Origin: Anaerolineae bacterium
GTDB taxonomy: Bacteria > Chloroflexota > Anaerolineae > UBA1429
Reading direction: 5' to 3'
Length of the DNA stretch: 64,000 nucleotides
NCBI GenBank assembly: GCA_050949345.1
Contig: JBMNFN010000001.1
Span: 1,571,602-1,635,601 of the forward strand
Positions 1-9,877 of this stretch are shown here, piece by piece (within the stretch, counting starts at the first letter, position 1; each line of letters opens with the position of its first letter). The position numbers and the translations under genes are program-made. Under the pieces are notes generated by a model. That model was not told where the DNA came from. It was given only the letters and a program-made list of their open reading frames with translations, and ran no database searches.

Positions 1-1
1 C

Positions 2-1348
2 ATCGCGCAGCTTGAGCCCCATGCCATCGGCCAGTTCCCGCAAAGCTGCCTCGGTCACTGCATGCTGAAAGCTCGGCAGCGCAGCCAGCACGGTGCGAGT
101 GCGTGCAAGGATCTCGCGCGCAGTGGCAGCATCGAGCTTGCGGGGCACCAGGTCCTCCGTGGGATACTCCAGGCTGTCCACCAAGGCAAAGCGCAGCATA
201 TCCACCGCGTCACCCAACAGGCGCAGCCGTTCCTTGATCAGCGGAGCAAAGGCCAGGACTCGGCCAAAATCGGCCTTGAACCCTGCCGCCCGCAGGATGG
301 GCAGCAGGCGGTTGGTGAGGTCGTTGTCTCCGAGGTTGCGGATATAGACCGCGTTCATGTGTTGCAACTTGTCATAGGAAAAGGCGCTCGGTGACTTGCT
401 GACCCGATCCAGATCAAAGTAGCGGATCAGCTTGTCGCGGGTAAAGAACTCGGTCTCTGAATCGTACGACCATCCCACCAGCGCCAAAAAGTTCACCATC
501 GCTTCGGGCAGGTAGCCCGCCTGACGGAACTCGTGGATAAAGGTCAACTGATCCTCCTGGCCGGGGCCGCGCTGGCGACGTTTGCTGAGCTTGCCCTTGC
601 CGGAAGGGTCCAGGATGGTGGGCAGGTGCACATGCTCGGGCATCTGCCAGCCAAAGGCATCGTACAGCAGTTGGTGCTTGGGCGCCGAAGCCAGCCACTC
701 GTCTCCGCGAAGGATGTGGGTCACGCCCATGAGGTGATCGTCCACCACCACGCCGAGGTGATAGGTGGGAAAACCATCGGACTTGAGCAGAACCAGGTCG
801 TCCAGCTCGCTGTTGTTGACGACGATCCGGCCACGCAAGCGGTCCTCAAAGGCGGTCTCGCCCTCCAGCGGGATGGCCAAACGCACCACCGGCGCCACTC
901 CCGCCGCCTCATAGTCCGCGATCTGTTGGCGCGTCAGATGCCGACAGTGTCGGTCATAGCCTGGCTTGACCCCCTGCGCGTGCTGCTGCTCGCGCAGCGC
1001 CGCCAGTCGCTCGGAGGAGCAGTAACAGCGATAGGCCTTGCCCTCTGCGATGAGCTGTTCAGCGTACTGCTGATAGAGGGCGATACGATCCGACTGATAG
1101 TAGGGGCCGCAGCTTCCGCCCACCTCGGGCCCTTCATCCCACATGCATCCCAGCCAGCGCAGGCTCTCGAGCAGAAAAGGCACCGCATCGGGATGATAGC
1201 GTGTGCGATCGGTATCTTCGATGCGCAGGATGAATTTGCCGCCATTGTGCCGGGCAAAGAGCCAATTATAAAGAGCCGTGCGCGCTCCACCCAAGTGAAA
1301 GTAGCCGGTAGGACTGGGGGCAAAGCGAACACGCACCTCTTGAGCCAT
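2..1348 (-). CDS. gltX: Glutamate--tRNA ligase (3' end runs off the window)
   Basis: Not in the ORF track; translated by hand from ATG at 1348: MAQEVRVRFAPSPTGYFHLGGARTALYNWLFARHNGGKFILRIEDTD. Has the HIGH-like HLGG and KMSKS-like KLSKR (~578-592) motifs; >440 aa, so too long for GluQ. Confidence 0.95.
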   Translation of the reverse strand, partial: MAQEVRVRFAPSPTGYFHLGGARTALYNWLFARHNGGKFILRIEDTDRTRYHPDAVPFLLESLRWLGCMWDEGPEVGGSCGPYYQSDRIALYQQYAEQLIAEGKAYRCYCSSERLAALREQQHAQGVKPGYDRHCRHLTRQQIADYEAAGVAPVVRLAIPLEGETAFEDRLRGRIVVNNSELDDLVLLKSDGFPTYHLGVVVDDHLMGVTHILRGDEWLASAPKHQLLYDAFGWQMPEHVHLPTILDPSGKGKLSKRRQRGPGQEDQLTFIHEFRQAGYLPEAMVNFLALVGWSYDSETEFFTRDKLIRYFDLDRVSKSPSAFSYDKLQHMNAVYIRNLGDNDLTNRLLPILRAAGFKADFGRVLAFAPLIKERLRLLGDAVDMLRFALVDSLEYPTEDLVPRKLDAATAREILARTRTVLAALPSFQHAVTEAALRELADGMGLKLRD

Positions 1349-1357
1349 GAAAACACC

Positions 1358-2473
1358 TCAATCTAGAACTAGTGGATCCTCGAGCCCCTTGCGACGCATC
1401 GCCACGCTCTGTGCGAGCCCAAGAGACATCATCGTGGTGACCAGCGAGCTGCCGCCATAGCTTACCATAGGGAGCGCCAAGCCGGTAACCGGCATCATGT
1501 TGGCGTTGACTCCCATGTTGATAAACACTTGAGCAAAGAGCACGATGGTGATGCCCGCCACCATCAGGCGCCCCATCCCATCGGGAGCCTGCTCCGCTAC
1601 CCGCACCAGCCGCATCAACAGCAGGAAAAAGAGCGCCACCAGCACAAAGGCCCCTACAAACCCGAACTCTTCACAGAGCACAGAGAAGATAAAGTCGGTG
1701 TGGCGCACGCGCAAAAAGCGCAGCTGGCTCTGGCTGCCCTGCAGGTAGCCCTTGCCCCACCAGCCTCCAGATCCGATGCTGATCAGGGCCTGCTTGATGT
1801 TGTAATCCGCCCCCAGCGGATCGCGGCCGGGATACAGAAACTCGGTGACGCGCTTGCGCATATAGTCTTCAACGGCGAACCATACCACCGGGACCGCGGC
1901 TGCACCGGCGCCGCCCAGCATGAGAAGGTGCCGCCAACGTACGCCCGCCACGAACACCATCCCCACCCAGGTGATGACCAGCAGAAGCACCATGCCCAGG
2001 TCAGACTGCAGGTACACCAGCGCCGACGGGATGGCCAGCACCACCATGGATTGCAGCAGGGGCAGAATGGTCTCCAGCTTGCGCTGCGACTCGCCCAGCA
2101 CCTCGGCCAGTACGACGATGACCAGGATCTTGCTCAGCTCGGAGGGCTGGATGCCAAAAATACCCACTTCCAACCAGGCGGATGTCCCGAATACCGGGCT
2201 GGCCACGATCAACGTGACCACCAGGATCGCCAGGGTGAACAGAAACACCCAACGGGCATGCGATACGAGAATCCGATAGTCGAACAGAGCCAGAACCAGA
2301 TAGAGCACCAGCCCCAGTGCGGCAAAGAGCATCTGTCGATAGAGCAGGTTGTCCGTCCAGTCAACGGCAGCGTCACCGATGGGTGGTTGATAGGCGCTGT
2401 TGATCATGACGAAACCGGTGCTGATGATGAACACCATCACCAAAAAGAGGATCCAATCAAAGCGCTTTAGCAT
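1358..2473 (-). CDS. rodA: Rod shape-determining SEDS protein RodA
   Basis: Multi-TM protein with IQPSE, LQSDLG, IGSGGWWGKG, HTDFIFS and P-x-VSYGGSS motifs; downstream of PBP2. Confidence 0.93.
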   Translation of the reverse strand: MLKRFDWILFLVMVFIISTGFVMINSAYQPPIGDAAVDWTDNLLYRQMLFAALGLVLYLVLALFDYRILVSHARWVFLFTLAILVVTLIVASPVFGTSAWLEVGIFGIQPSELSKILVIVVLAEVLGESQRKLETILPLLQSMVVLAIPSALVYLQSDLGMVLLLVITWVGMVFVAGVRWRHLLMLGGAGAAAVPVVWFAVEDYMRKRVTEFLYPGRDPLGADYNIKQALISIGSGGWWGKGYLQGSQSQLRFLRVRHTDFIFSVLCEEFGFVGAFVLVALFFLLLMRLVRVAEQAPDGMGRLMVAGITIVLFAQVFINMGVNANMMPVTGLALPMVSYGGSSLVTTMMSLGLAQSVAMRRKGLEDPLVLD

Positions 2474-2543
2474 GGATTCTGCTCACCATGTTCACGCCTG
2501 CGGGCGCGCGGATTAAGTGCCAATCATCTCGTTTCGGCTGCCC

Positions 2544-4451
2544 TCACTGGCGAAATGGCAGGCCAAAGTAGCTGCGCAGGATCTCTTCCGCCACGGGAAC
2601 AGCGTACTGAGATCCCTCTCCACCACCACGTAAAAAGACCACGAGAGCGATCTCGGGATTGTCATAGGGTGCAAAGGCTGTAAACCAGGCGTGGGTGGGC
2701 AGGTATCCCCACTTGTCCATGACCACATTTCCGTTGGCGTCGATCTCGGTGTACTCGGCTGTGCCCGTCTTGCCTGCCACCGCTACCTCGGGCATTTTGA
2801 GTCGATAGGCCGTACCGTCGGTTACAGTGCCGCGCATGCCCCGTCGCACCAGCTCGATGTACTCGGGATTGACTTCCAGCTGGCGGATCACCTCGGGCGT
2901 AAAGGGCTCGACCACATTGCCATCGATGTCGACCACATCGTACACCACCTGCGGGCGGTAGAGAGTGCCTCCGTTGGCGATGGCGGCCGTCGCATTGAGC
3001 ATCTGGAGTGGCGTCGCCAGCACATAGCCCTGGCCGATTGCGGCATTGTAGGTGTCGCCCGTAAACCAGCTTTCACTGTAGGTGAGGCGCTTCCATTGTT
3101 CGCTGGGCAACAAGCCCGCCACCTCGCCCGTCAGCTCGATCCCCGTAGGTTCACCGATACCAAACATGGCCGCATACGTGCCCAGACGATCGATACCGAG
3201 GCCACGAAAGTCCTCATAACCACCGGTGGCCTTGTAAAAGAAAATGTCGCACGATTCCGAGATGGCCGTCTGTACATTGATGCTGCCATGACCCCAGCGC
3301 GACCAGCAGTAAAAGCGCTGTGCCTGGCTCATGTCGTCCGGAAAGAACTTGTTGGGAACCAGCATGGTGCCTTGACAGTCCAGACGCGTAGAGGGCGTGA
3401 TGACCCCTTCCTGCAGAGCGCCACATGCGGGAATGATCTTGAAAATCGAGCCGGGGGGATACTGTCCACCGATGGCGTGATTGACAAGAGGGTGGCGCGG
3501 ATCGTTGCTCAGGGACGCCAGATCCTCGTAAGAGATTCCTGCCGCAAACAGATTATTGTCAAAGCCAGGCAACGAGACCATGGCCAGGATCTCGCCCGTC
3601 CGTGGATCCATGGCGATGGCCACACCGGTATCGGAATGCGCCCGCGCCATGCCGCGCGCCACGGCGGCCTCCACCTGCTGCTGGAACTCGGTGTCGATGG
3701 TCAAAATGACGCTGTTGCCGGGCACCGGGGGCTCTGAGGCGATGACTTGGACCTCACGCCCATCGATGTCTACCTCGACGTGTTTTTGACCCTTTTGGCC
3801 GGCCAGCTCGTTCTCCATGCTGCGTTCGATACCTGACATGCCGATGCTGTCGCTGGCCTCGTAACCCTGGTCGAGACGCGCCTCCAGATCGCTCTGGCCG
3901 ATGCGCCCCATATAGCCCACGATGTGCGCCATAAGCTGCGACATCAAGTACTCGCGCACCGGATCCACCGAGACGGATACCCCGGGCAGTGTGAGACTCT
4001 CTTCTTGAATGATAAAGGCGGCTTCGCGCTCCACCTCTTTGGCCAGCACCACCGGGACATAGCGACCGGTCGCCAGCGGTCCCGTCGTGTGAGCATCAAG
4101 AATGTCTGCGAGCCCTTCCCCTTCGGCGTTACGGAGCGGGATCCCCAACAGATAGGACAGTCGTTGCAACACCGCCTCGCGCTGCTGCTCCTCATCGGGG
4201 AGATCGCCTGGCACCACACTCACCGTAAAACGAGGCACATTTCGCACCAGCAGGCGGCCTTGCCGGTCATAGATCACGCCCCGTGGGGCACTGGTGGTGA
4301 TGATGCGAAAGCGGTTGTGGTCGGCGGCCTGCACATACTCCTGCGATGACACCACCTGCAGCGACCACAGGCGCATCACCACAGCCACCAGGCAGGCCAC
4401 AACCAGGGCCCGCAGCACCAACATCCGAAAGCGCAAATAACCCAGGTTCAT
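2544..4451 (-). CDS. mrdA: Penicillin-binding protein 2 (class B transpeptidase)
   Basis: N-terminal TM, APRGVIYDR, SxxK (PGSIFK), SxD (SCD), KTG (GKTGTAE); start moved to ATG 4451, just after the mreD stop. Confidence 0.93.
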   Translation of the reverse strand: MNLGYLRFRMLVLRALVVACLVAVVMRLWSLQVVSSQEYVQAADHNRFRIITTSAPRGVIYDRQGRLLVRNVPRFTVSVVPGDLPDEEQQREAVLQRLSYLLGIPLRNAEGEGLADILDAHTTGPLATGRYVPVVLAKEVEREAAFIIQEESLTLPGVSVSVDPVREYLMSQLMAHIVGYMGRIGQSDLEARLDQGYEASDSIGMSGIERSMENELAGQKGQKHVEVDIDGREVQVIASEPPVPGNSVILTIDTEFQQQVEAAVARGMARAHSDTGVAIAMDPRTGEILAMVSLPGFDNNLFAAGISYEDLASLSNDPRHPLVNHAIGGQYPPGSIFKIIPACGALQEGVITPSTRLDCQGTMLVPNKFFPDDMSQAQRFYCWSRWGHGSINVQTAISESCDIFFYKATGGYEDFRGLGIDRLGTYAAMFGIGEPTGIELTGEVAGLLPSEQWKRLTYSESWFTGDTYNAAIGQGYVLATPLQMLNATAAIANGGTLYRPQVVYDVVDIDGNVVEPFTPEVIRQLEVNPEYIELVRRGMRGTVTDGTAYRLKMPEVAVAGKTGTAEYTEIDANGNVVMDKWGYLPTHAWFTAFAPYDNPEIALVVFLRGGGEGSQYAVPVAEEILRSYFGLPFRQ

Positions 4452-4455
4452 GGCT

Positions 4456-4956
4456 CTAGAACTCGACTCGTTTGGGTTCAAGACGACGGGCCAACCACTT
4501 GGTTACCCCATACACCAGGGGCACCAGCAACAAGTGTGCCAGGACTGAGGGCATGGTGTTGGTACCCAGGGCTGCCCAGGGGATGGCACCATAGCCAGCC
4601 AGACGCAACACCAGTACATTGACCACATTCACCAGCAGCGTGGCCCCCGCAGCCACGATGAATTTCAGGTACCAGGCTCCCTGAAAGAGGTTCACCTCCC
4701 CCAGCGCCGCCAGCGATATGGCGACAGCCAGCGAGAGCGTCGCTGTGCCAAAAGGGCCCGCAGAGCTCACATCCAGCACCAGCCCGCCGATCACCCCAAT
4801 CATCAAGCCTTCGCCCAACCCACGGCACAGGACCCACGAGATGGCAAAGAGCAGCAGCAGATCGACGTGGGCACCAAACAAGGTGACATTGCGGATGACT
4901 GTGGTCTGCGCCAGGGACAGGAGCAGCGCAATGGGCGCAGCGATGTACAGGCCCAT
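4456..4956 (-). CDS. mreD: Rod shape-determining protein MreD
   Basis: 166-aa hydrophobic protein (DLLLL...GGLVLD) between mreC and mrdA. Confidence 0.85.
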   Translation of the reverse strand: MGLYIAAPIALLLSLAQTTVIRNVTLFGAHVDLLLLFAISWVLCRGLGEGLMIGVIGGLVLDVSSAGPFGTATLSLAVAISLAALGEVNLFQGAWYLKFIVAAGATLLVNVVNVLVLRLAGYGAIPWAALGTNTMPSVLAHLLLVPLVYGVTKWLARRLEPKRVEF

Positions 4957-4989
4957 CAGTCACACTCCCCGGGGCAGCTGCCCACGGCT

Positions 4990-5820
4990 TCAGGGTTCGT
5001 CCAGCAGCTCATCAGGCTCAAAATTCATCAGGATCAGCACGCTCTCCAGTTCGGCGAGGTTGGCAGCAGGGACAACTACGGCGCTGGTGTGCGCCTCAAT
5101 GTCGTTCTGCCGGACCTCAGCCACTTGGCCGATCACCAGTCGCCTTGGAAAATTCCCCCCTACTCCGGAGGTCAGCAACACATCGCCCACCACAATGGTT
5201 TCCCCACGGAGGACATACTCCAGTGACAGATCGGGCCCCAGAGTACCCTGCACAACCCCCGTAGCCCGCGATCGTTGCACATAGGCGTTGACGGCGGATT
5301 GAGAGTCGGTGAGCAGCATCACCTGCGAGGAGCCAGAGCTGACACGGCTGATGCGGCCCACCAGACCCGCCTCGGTGATCACCGGCATGCCCACCCGTAC
5401 GCCGTCGTTGCTGCCCCGGTCGATCACAAGGTAGTGGAGATACTGACTGGGATCACGCCCGAGGACCTCGGCTGCGATCAGCTGATAGTTGGGCACAATG
5501 CTCTTGAACTCGAGCTGGCGCCGGAGATCTTGGTTCTCGTGCTGGGCTTCTTCGAGGAGGGCGAGTCGACTCTGTGCCTCGGCCAACTGTTGCCGGAGGT
5601 CACGATTCTGCCGCACCAGCTCAGCACCTTGGCGGAGCGCCTCCAGCTGATCGGTTACAGGATCGAATACACGACCAAATACCAGCTGGAGTGGCGAAAC
5701 AATGCCGGTGAGGGCGTCGCGTATCGGGTTGGTGGCACCGGTACTGTCCAGCACCAGCCAGAGGAGCACTGTACCAAGCACCAGTGCGATGATCAAGGCG
5801 GTTCGATGCCCTGGCCTCAT
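4990..5820 (-). CDS. mreC: Rod shape-determining protein MreC
   Basis: TM and coiled coil, then IDRGSNDGV, GLVGRI, GDVLLTSGVGG. Confidence 0.92.
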   Translation of the reverse strand: MRPGHRTALIIALVLGTVLLWLVLDSTGATNPIRDALTGIVSPLQLVFGRVFDPVTDQLEALRQGAELVRQNRDLRQQLAEAQSRLALLEEAQHENQDLRRQLEFKSIVPNYQLIAAEVLGRDPSQYLHYLVIDRGSNDGVRVGMPVITEAGLVGRISRVSSGSSQVMLLTDSQSAVNAYVQRSRATGVVQGTLGPDLSLEYVLRGETIVVGDVLLTSGVGGNFPRRLVIGQVAEVRQNDIEAHTSAVVVPAANLAELESVLILMNFEPDELLDEP

Positions 5821-5841
5821 CTGCCGTGCACCGTGGCGGGC

Positions 5842-6921
5842 CTATACGTCCGAACGACGCGCCTGAGAAATCGTATCGCGTTGGGTACTCGCCAGCACCT
5901 TGCTGTACCGCGCCAAGTCATCCACGATGGCACCGGACCCGCGCACCACGCAGGCCACCGGGTCATCCGACCGATAGACCCGCATGTGGCACTCTTCAGA
6001 CAAGCGCTCCGGGAGGCCCTGCAGCTGAGAGCTGCCTCCTGCCAGCACAATGCCCTGCTCCATGAGGTCCGCCACCAGCTCGGGGGGCGTCTCATCCAGC
6101 GTAGCCCGCACCGCGTCCACAATGGTATCCACCGGTCCGGAGAGCGCCTCACGAATCTCGATGCTGCTCACCTCGGTGGCCTCGGGCAATCCGGTGATCA
6201 GGTTGCGCCCGCGTATGGTGACGGTCTGCTCTTCAGGGAGGGGGTAAGCAGAGCCGATGGCGATTTTGGTGCGCTCGGCCATGCGCTCACCAATAAGGAG
6301 GTTGTACTTTTGACGCGCGTACTGGATGATCTCTTCATCCATTTCGTCGCCGGCCACGCGAATGGACCGACTTACGACTATACCGCCCAGGGAGACCACT
6401 GCCACCTCGGTAGTGCCGCCTCCCAGGTCCACCACCATGCTGCCCACCGAATCGGCCACCGGCAGGCCAGCGCCGATAGCAGCCGCCATGGGCTCCTCAA
6501 CCAGATAGGCTTCGCGAGCACCGGCGCTCAGGGCGGCGTCACGCACCGCGCGCTTTTCCACCTCGGTACAACCGCTGGGGATACCCACCACGACCCTGGG
6601 ACGGGGGTGAAACCAGCGCGAACGATCATGCACCTTTTGGATAAAGTACCGCAGCATCTGCTCGGTAACATCAAAGTCAGAGATCACGCCATCACGCAGT
6701 GGGCGGATGGCGATGATGTTGCCCGGCGTGCGACCAACCATCTCTTTGGCCTCGGCACCAAAGGCCAAGGCGCGCCTGGTGGTCTTGTCGATGGCGACGA
6801 CAGAGGGCTCGTTGATGACAATGCCCTGCCCGTGGACCATCACCAGGGTGGTAGCGGTACCCAAGTCGATTCCGATATCGCGGGAAAAAAGGCCCAGCAG
6901 TGCGCTGAGAGGTTTGAACAA
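5842..6921 (-). CDS. mreB: Rod shape-determining actin-like protein MreB
   Basis: DIGIDLGT, EPSVVA, IRPLRDGVI, EEPMAAAIGAG, DLGGGTTE; TTG start at 6921 after AGGAAAGG. Confidence 0.96.
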   Translation of the reverse strand: MFKPLSALLGLFSRDIGIDLGTATTLVMVHGQGIVINEPSVVAIDKTTRRALAFGAEAKEMVGRTPGNIIAIRPLRDGVISDFDVTEQMLRYFIQKVHDRSRWFHPRPRVVVGIPSGCTEVEKRAVRDAALSAGAREAYLVEEPMAAAIGAGLPVADSVGSMVVDLGGGTTEVAVVSLGGIVVSRSIRVAGDEMDEEIIQYARQKYNLLIGERMAERTKIAIGSAYPLPEEQTVTIRGRNLITGLPEATEVSSIEIREALSGPVDTIVDAVRATLDETPPELVADLMEQGIVLAGGSSQLQGLPERLSEECHMRVYRSDDPVACVVRGSGAIVDDLARYSKVLASTQRDTISQARRSDV

Positions 6922-7100
6922 TGTGGTGCCTTTCCTGAAAGCAAACGGTATTCTGCGGCCAGTATAGCACATTACCCAATGTGGCAAAACCCCCCGTCAC
7001 TGGCTGGTTGTTACGAGCGGGCAGATCGATGCAACCTCTTGGAAGGCTGCGGGTTCACAGGTAACATAGAGTCACCAACCTGCTGCGAGGTGCACTGTTC

Positions 7101-7529
7101 ATGCCATACCAGGCGGCCCTGATTGTGTTTGCGTCCCTGTTGCTGCTCACCATTTTGCTCGCCTTTGTAACTCTGAATCGCTATTTTACGTACAAGGAGC
7201 GGGTGGCTCTGGCGCGCCTGGGCTACAGCGTGGCTGATCTGGCGGGAACCGGAGAGCCCAGCCGCAGCGGGAGCCGTGGCGTTTTGTGGGGTGGCGTGAT
7301 CACCATGATGAGCGGCTTTGCCCTGCTGTTGGGGCTGACTCCACTGGGCACTGGCGTGTGGCTCATCGCGGGCCTGTTGCCCATGTTTGTAGGGCTGGGC
7401 ATGCTCCTGATCTATTTCACCTCTGCAGGGTCCAACCGACAACGACACCATGCCCAGGCCGTCGCCGATGTGCCAGCGGCAGATGATGTTCCAGGGGAGG
7501 ACGCTGTTTCCGGCCAAGATAACGGCTAG
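7101..7529 (+). CDS. Small membrane protein (DUF6249-like), first gene of ECF operon
   Basis: Three TM segments and an ER-x-AL-x-R-x-G pattern; upstream of ECF sigma; preceded by GAGG. Confidence 0.6.
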   Translation: MPYQAALIVFASLLLLTILLAFVTLNRYFTYKERVALARLGYSVADLAGTGEPSRSGSRGVLWGGVITMMSGFALLLGLTPLGTGVWLIAGLLPMFVGLGMLLIYFTSAGSNRQRHHAQAVADVPAADDVPGEDAVSGQDNG

Positions 7530-7541
7530 GGAGCGACAGGC

Positions 7542-8132
7542 ATGCCCCTGCGTACCCGCCTGCAGCCGGGCGGCAGCGATCCGTTGGCCGAGCTGGTGGA
7601 GCGAGCCAAGCTTGGCGATGGTGATGCCCTCGGCCAGATCGTCCAGCGCACTCAGCAGTGGGTTTACAACCTGGGCTATCGGATTCTGCGAAACCGTCAG
7701 GAGGCGGAGGATCTGGCACAGGAGGTGTATGTGCGCGTGTGGCGCGCATTGCCGGGCTTTCGTGGTGACTCCAAGTTCACCACCTGGCTGCACAGCATCG
7801 CCACACACGCCTCGCTCAATCGGCTCCGCTCGCTGCGGCGCGAGTCCGTTGCCTGGGCTGACAGCGACGAGATGCTGGAGCACTTGCTCGACAGCCAGCA
7901 GGGCAGCGAGTCCGAGCCCTATGTCGAGTCACAAGACAAAGAGTTTATCTGGCAACAGGTTGACCGGTTGCCACGGAAATACGCGCTGGTGCTGACGCTG
8001 TTCTATCAGCATGAGTTGAGCTATCAAGAGATCACCGAGGTGCTCGGGCTGCCCTTGGGAACCGTCAAGGCACAGCTCAACCGCGCCAGGCTGGCGCTGG
8101 CAGACTGCCTGCGGGAGGCGAATGCAGAATGA
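7542..8132 (+). CDS. ECF RNA polymerase sigma factor (SigW/RpoE-like)
   Basis: AEDLAQEVYVRVW, SKFTTWL (region 2); LSYQEITEVLGLPLGTVKAQLNRAR (region 4). Confidence 0.93.
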   Translation: MPLRTRLQPGGSDPLAELVERAKLGDGDALGQIVQRTQQWVYNLGYRILRNRQEAEDLAQEVYVRVWRALPGFRGDSKFTTWLHSIATHASLNRLRSLRRESVAWADSDEMLEHLLDSQQGSESEPYVESQDKEFIWQQVDRLPRKYALVLTLFYQHELSYQEITEVLGLPLGTVKAQLNRARLALADCLREANAE

Positions 8133-8686
8133 GTGACAATCATCCCCGCCAAGTGTTGGCCGAGTACGTCGCCTCTGGCGAGCAGGACAGAGTGCTGGGA
8201 GAGCATTGGCAGCATGTGCGCGATTGCCCCATCTGCCAGCGCGACCTGCAACGTTTGCGCCGTGTTGAAGTGGCGCTGCGCCAGTGGCCCATGGTTTCGG
8301 TGCCTGCCATGCTCAACGAACGGCTGCTGGCGGCGGCACGCCTCCCACGATCATTGGAGGAGAATTATCCCCGCTGGACGATCTGGCTGCCCGCGGTAAC
8401 GGTGGTCATTGCCATCGCATTGGCGCTGCTGCTGGCCCCGGCATCTCTGCATGTCGCCCTCAACGCCCCCCCGCAGGCTGCCGAGCCCTCCCTGTCGTTC
8501 TTTGCCCTGGATCGTGAGGCTGGGCTGGCACTATGGATCGGCATGTGTGTGGCACTGGCGGGCATTGGCGTCACGATGGGCCTGGCGGACAGCCGCATGC
8601 CCGATCGAGAAGACCTGGATGTGCTGCGGACACGGGCAAGCCGCGCGGTGGAACACGCCTGGCGCGTGGCGACGCACTCGCGCTAG
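8129..8686 (+). CDS. Zinc-binding (ZAS) membrane anti-sigma factor
   Basis: HxxxCxxC (HVRDCPIC) plus two TM helices; overlaps the sigma stop (ATGA). Confidence 0.82.
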   Translation: MSDNHPRQVLAEYVASGEQDRVLGEHWQHVRDCPICQRDLQRLRRVEVALRQWPMVSVPAMLNERLLAAARLPRSLEENYPRWTIWLPAVTVVIAIALALLLAPASLHVALNAPPQAAEPSLSFFALDREAGLALWIGMCVALAGIGVTMGLADSRMPDREDLDVLRTRASRAVEHAWRVATHSR

Positions 8687-8719
8687 GCCTCGCTTTATGT
8701 CGCGCCACGCCGGGTAGAG

Positions 8720-8748
8720 TTGACATCCGTCTCTGGGCCCCCTATACT
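8720..8748 (+). promoter_or_regulatory. Sigma70-type promoter for the chelatase-like operon
   Basis: TTGACA(8720-8725)-17 nt-TATACT(8743-8748). Confidence 0.75.
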
Positions 8749-8788
8749 CGCATGTTTGAGTAGTCAGACACTGCGAGGTTTCTGAGAC

Positions 8789-9877
8789 ATGCCCGTATTC
8801 CCCTTTTCTGCAATCGTCGGCCAGGACCGCATGCGCCGGGCCTTGATTTTGAACGCCATCAGTCCCCAGATCGGTGGCGTACTGATCCGCGGTGAGCGGG
8901 GCACGGCCAAGTCTACCGCGGCGCGAGCCCTGGCCGCCCTCCTGCCGCCCATCCGCACTGTGGCCGATTGTCCCTTTCGGTGCGATCCTGATCGCGAAGA
9001 GTTCATGTGCGACAACTGTCGGGCGCGGGTAGCCGCTGGTCAGACTCTCCCTGTCGAGGTCAAGCAGACACGCTTTGTCGACTTGCCGGTGAGCGCTACC
9101 GAAGACCGCGTGGTAGGTACGCTGGACCTGGAGCGCGCCATCAAGCAGGGCGAGCGCCACTTTGAGCCAGGTGTGCTGGCATTCGCCAACCGTGGGCTAC
9201 TGTATGTGGATGAAGTAAACCTGCTCGATGACCACGTGGTCGACCTGCTGCTCGATTCTGCGGCGATGGGCGTCAATGTGGTCGAACGCGAGGGGATCTC
9301 GTTTTCGCATCCCTCCCGCTTTATCCTGGTGGGCACCATGAACCCTGAGGAGGGCGACCTGCGCCCCCAGTTGCTGGACCGCTTTGCGCTCTGCGTCGAT
9401 ATTCAGGGCATTCTCGATGCCGATTCACGCGTCGAGATCCTGCGGCGTCGCATCGGTTTTGAGCAGGACTATCAGTCCTTTTGCGATACCTGGTGTCAGG
9501 AGGAGAACCGGCTGACGGAGCGGATCATCCGCGCTCAGGAGCTGCTGCCATCTGTCACCTATGCAAACAATGATCTGTACGAAATCGCGCGCCTCACGGC
9601 AGAGATGGATGTCGATGGTCACCGCGCTGATCTGGTGATCCTCAAGACGGCACAGGCCCACGCTGCCTTTGAGGGACGTCCGTCCATTCGCGAAACGGAC
9701 ATCCTGCTGGCTGCCGAACTGGCCTTGCCGCATCGCCTGCGCCGCTCCCCCTTTGAAGATACCGCCGCCAAAATGAACAAGCTCTCTCAGCGCATCGAGC
9801 AGGCCCGGCAGGAGAGCGAGCGGGAAGAGACAGAGGCCGAGCGCGCCCAGGCTAAAAAAAAACTGACTCTGACCTGA
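8789..9877 (+). CDS. Mg/Co-chelatase ChlI/BchI-like AAA+ subunit (5' ORF of a frameshifted chlD-like gene)
   Basis: FPFSAIVGQD, GERGTAKST, LYVDEVNLL, GTMNPEEG, LRPQLLDRF; ends ...AKKKLTLT after an A9 tract. Confidence 0.9.
   Translation: MPVFPFSAIVGQDRMRRALILNAISPQIGGVLIRGERGTAKSTAARALAALLPPIRTVADCPFRCDPDREEFMCDNCRARVAAGQTLPVEVKQTRFVDLPVSATEDRVVGTLDLERAIKQGERHFEPGVLAFANRGLLYVDEVNLLDDHVVDLLLDSAAMGVNVVEREGISFSHPSRFILVGTMNPEEGDLRPQLLDRFALCVDIQGILDADSRVEILRRRIGFEQDYQSFCDTWCQEENRLTERIIRAQELLPSVTYANNDLYEIARLTAEMDVDGHRADLVILKTAQAHAAFEGRPSIRETDILLAAELALPHRLRRSPFEDTAAKMNKLSQRIEQARQESEREETEAERAQAKKKLTLT
9854..9862 (+). other. A9 slippery site, putative programmed -1 frameshift joining the AAA+ and vWA ORFs
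   Basis: GCT AAA AAA AAA CTG; the -1 frame is open from 9856 to 10818; 11-bp inverted repeat 9889-9899/9925-9935 downstream. Confidence 0.75.

Noticed and set aside
5275-7122. Long antisense ORFs (also 533-1366, 1529-2470, 44345-46072, 46509-47885, 49097-50761, 20253-21503, 41078-42337 and similar)
   Set aside because: Shadow frames opposite well-conserved genes, expected in high-GC DNA; no recognisable motifs
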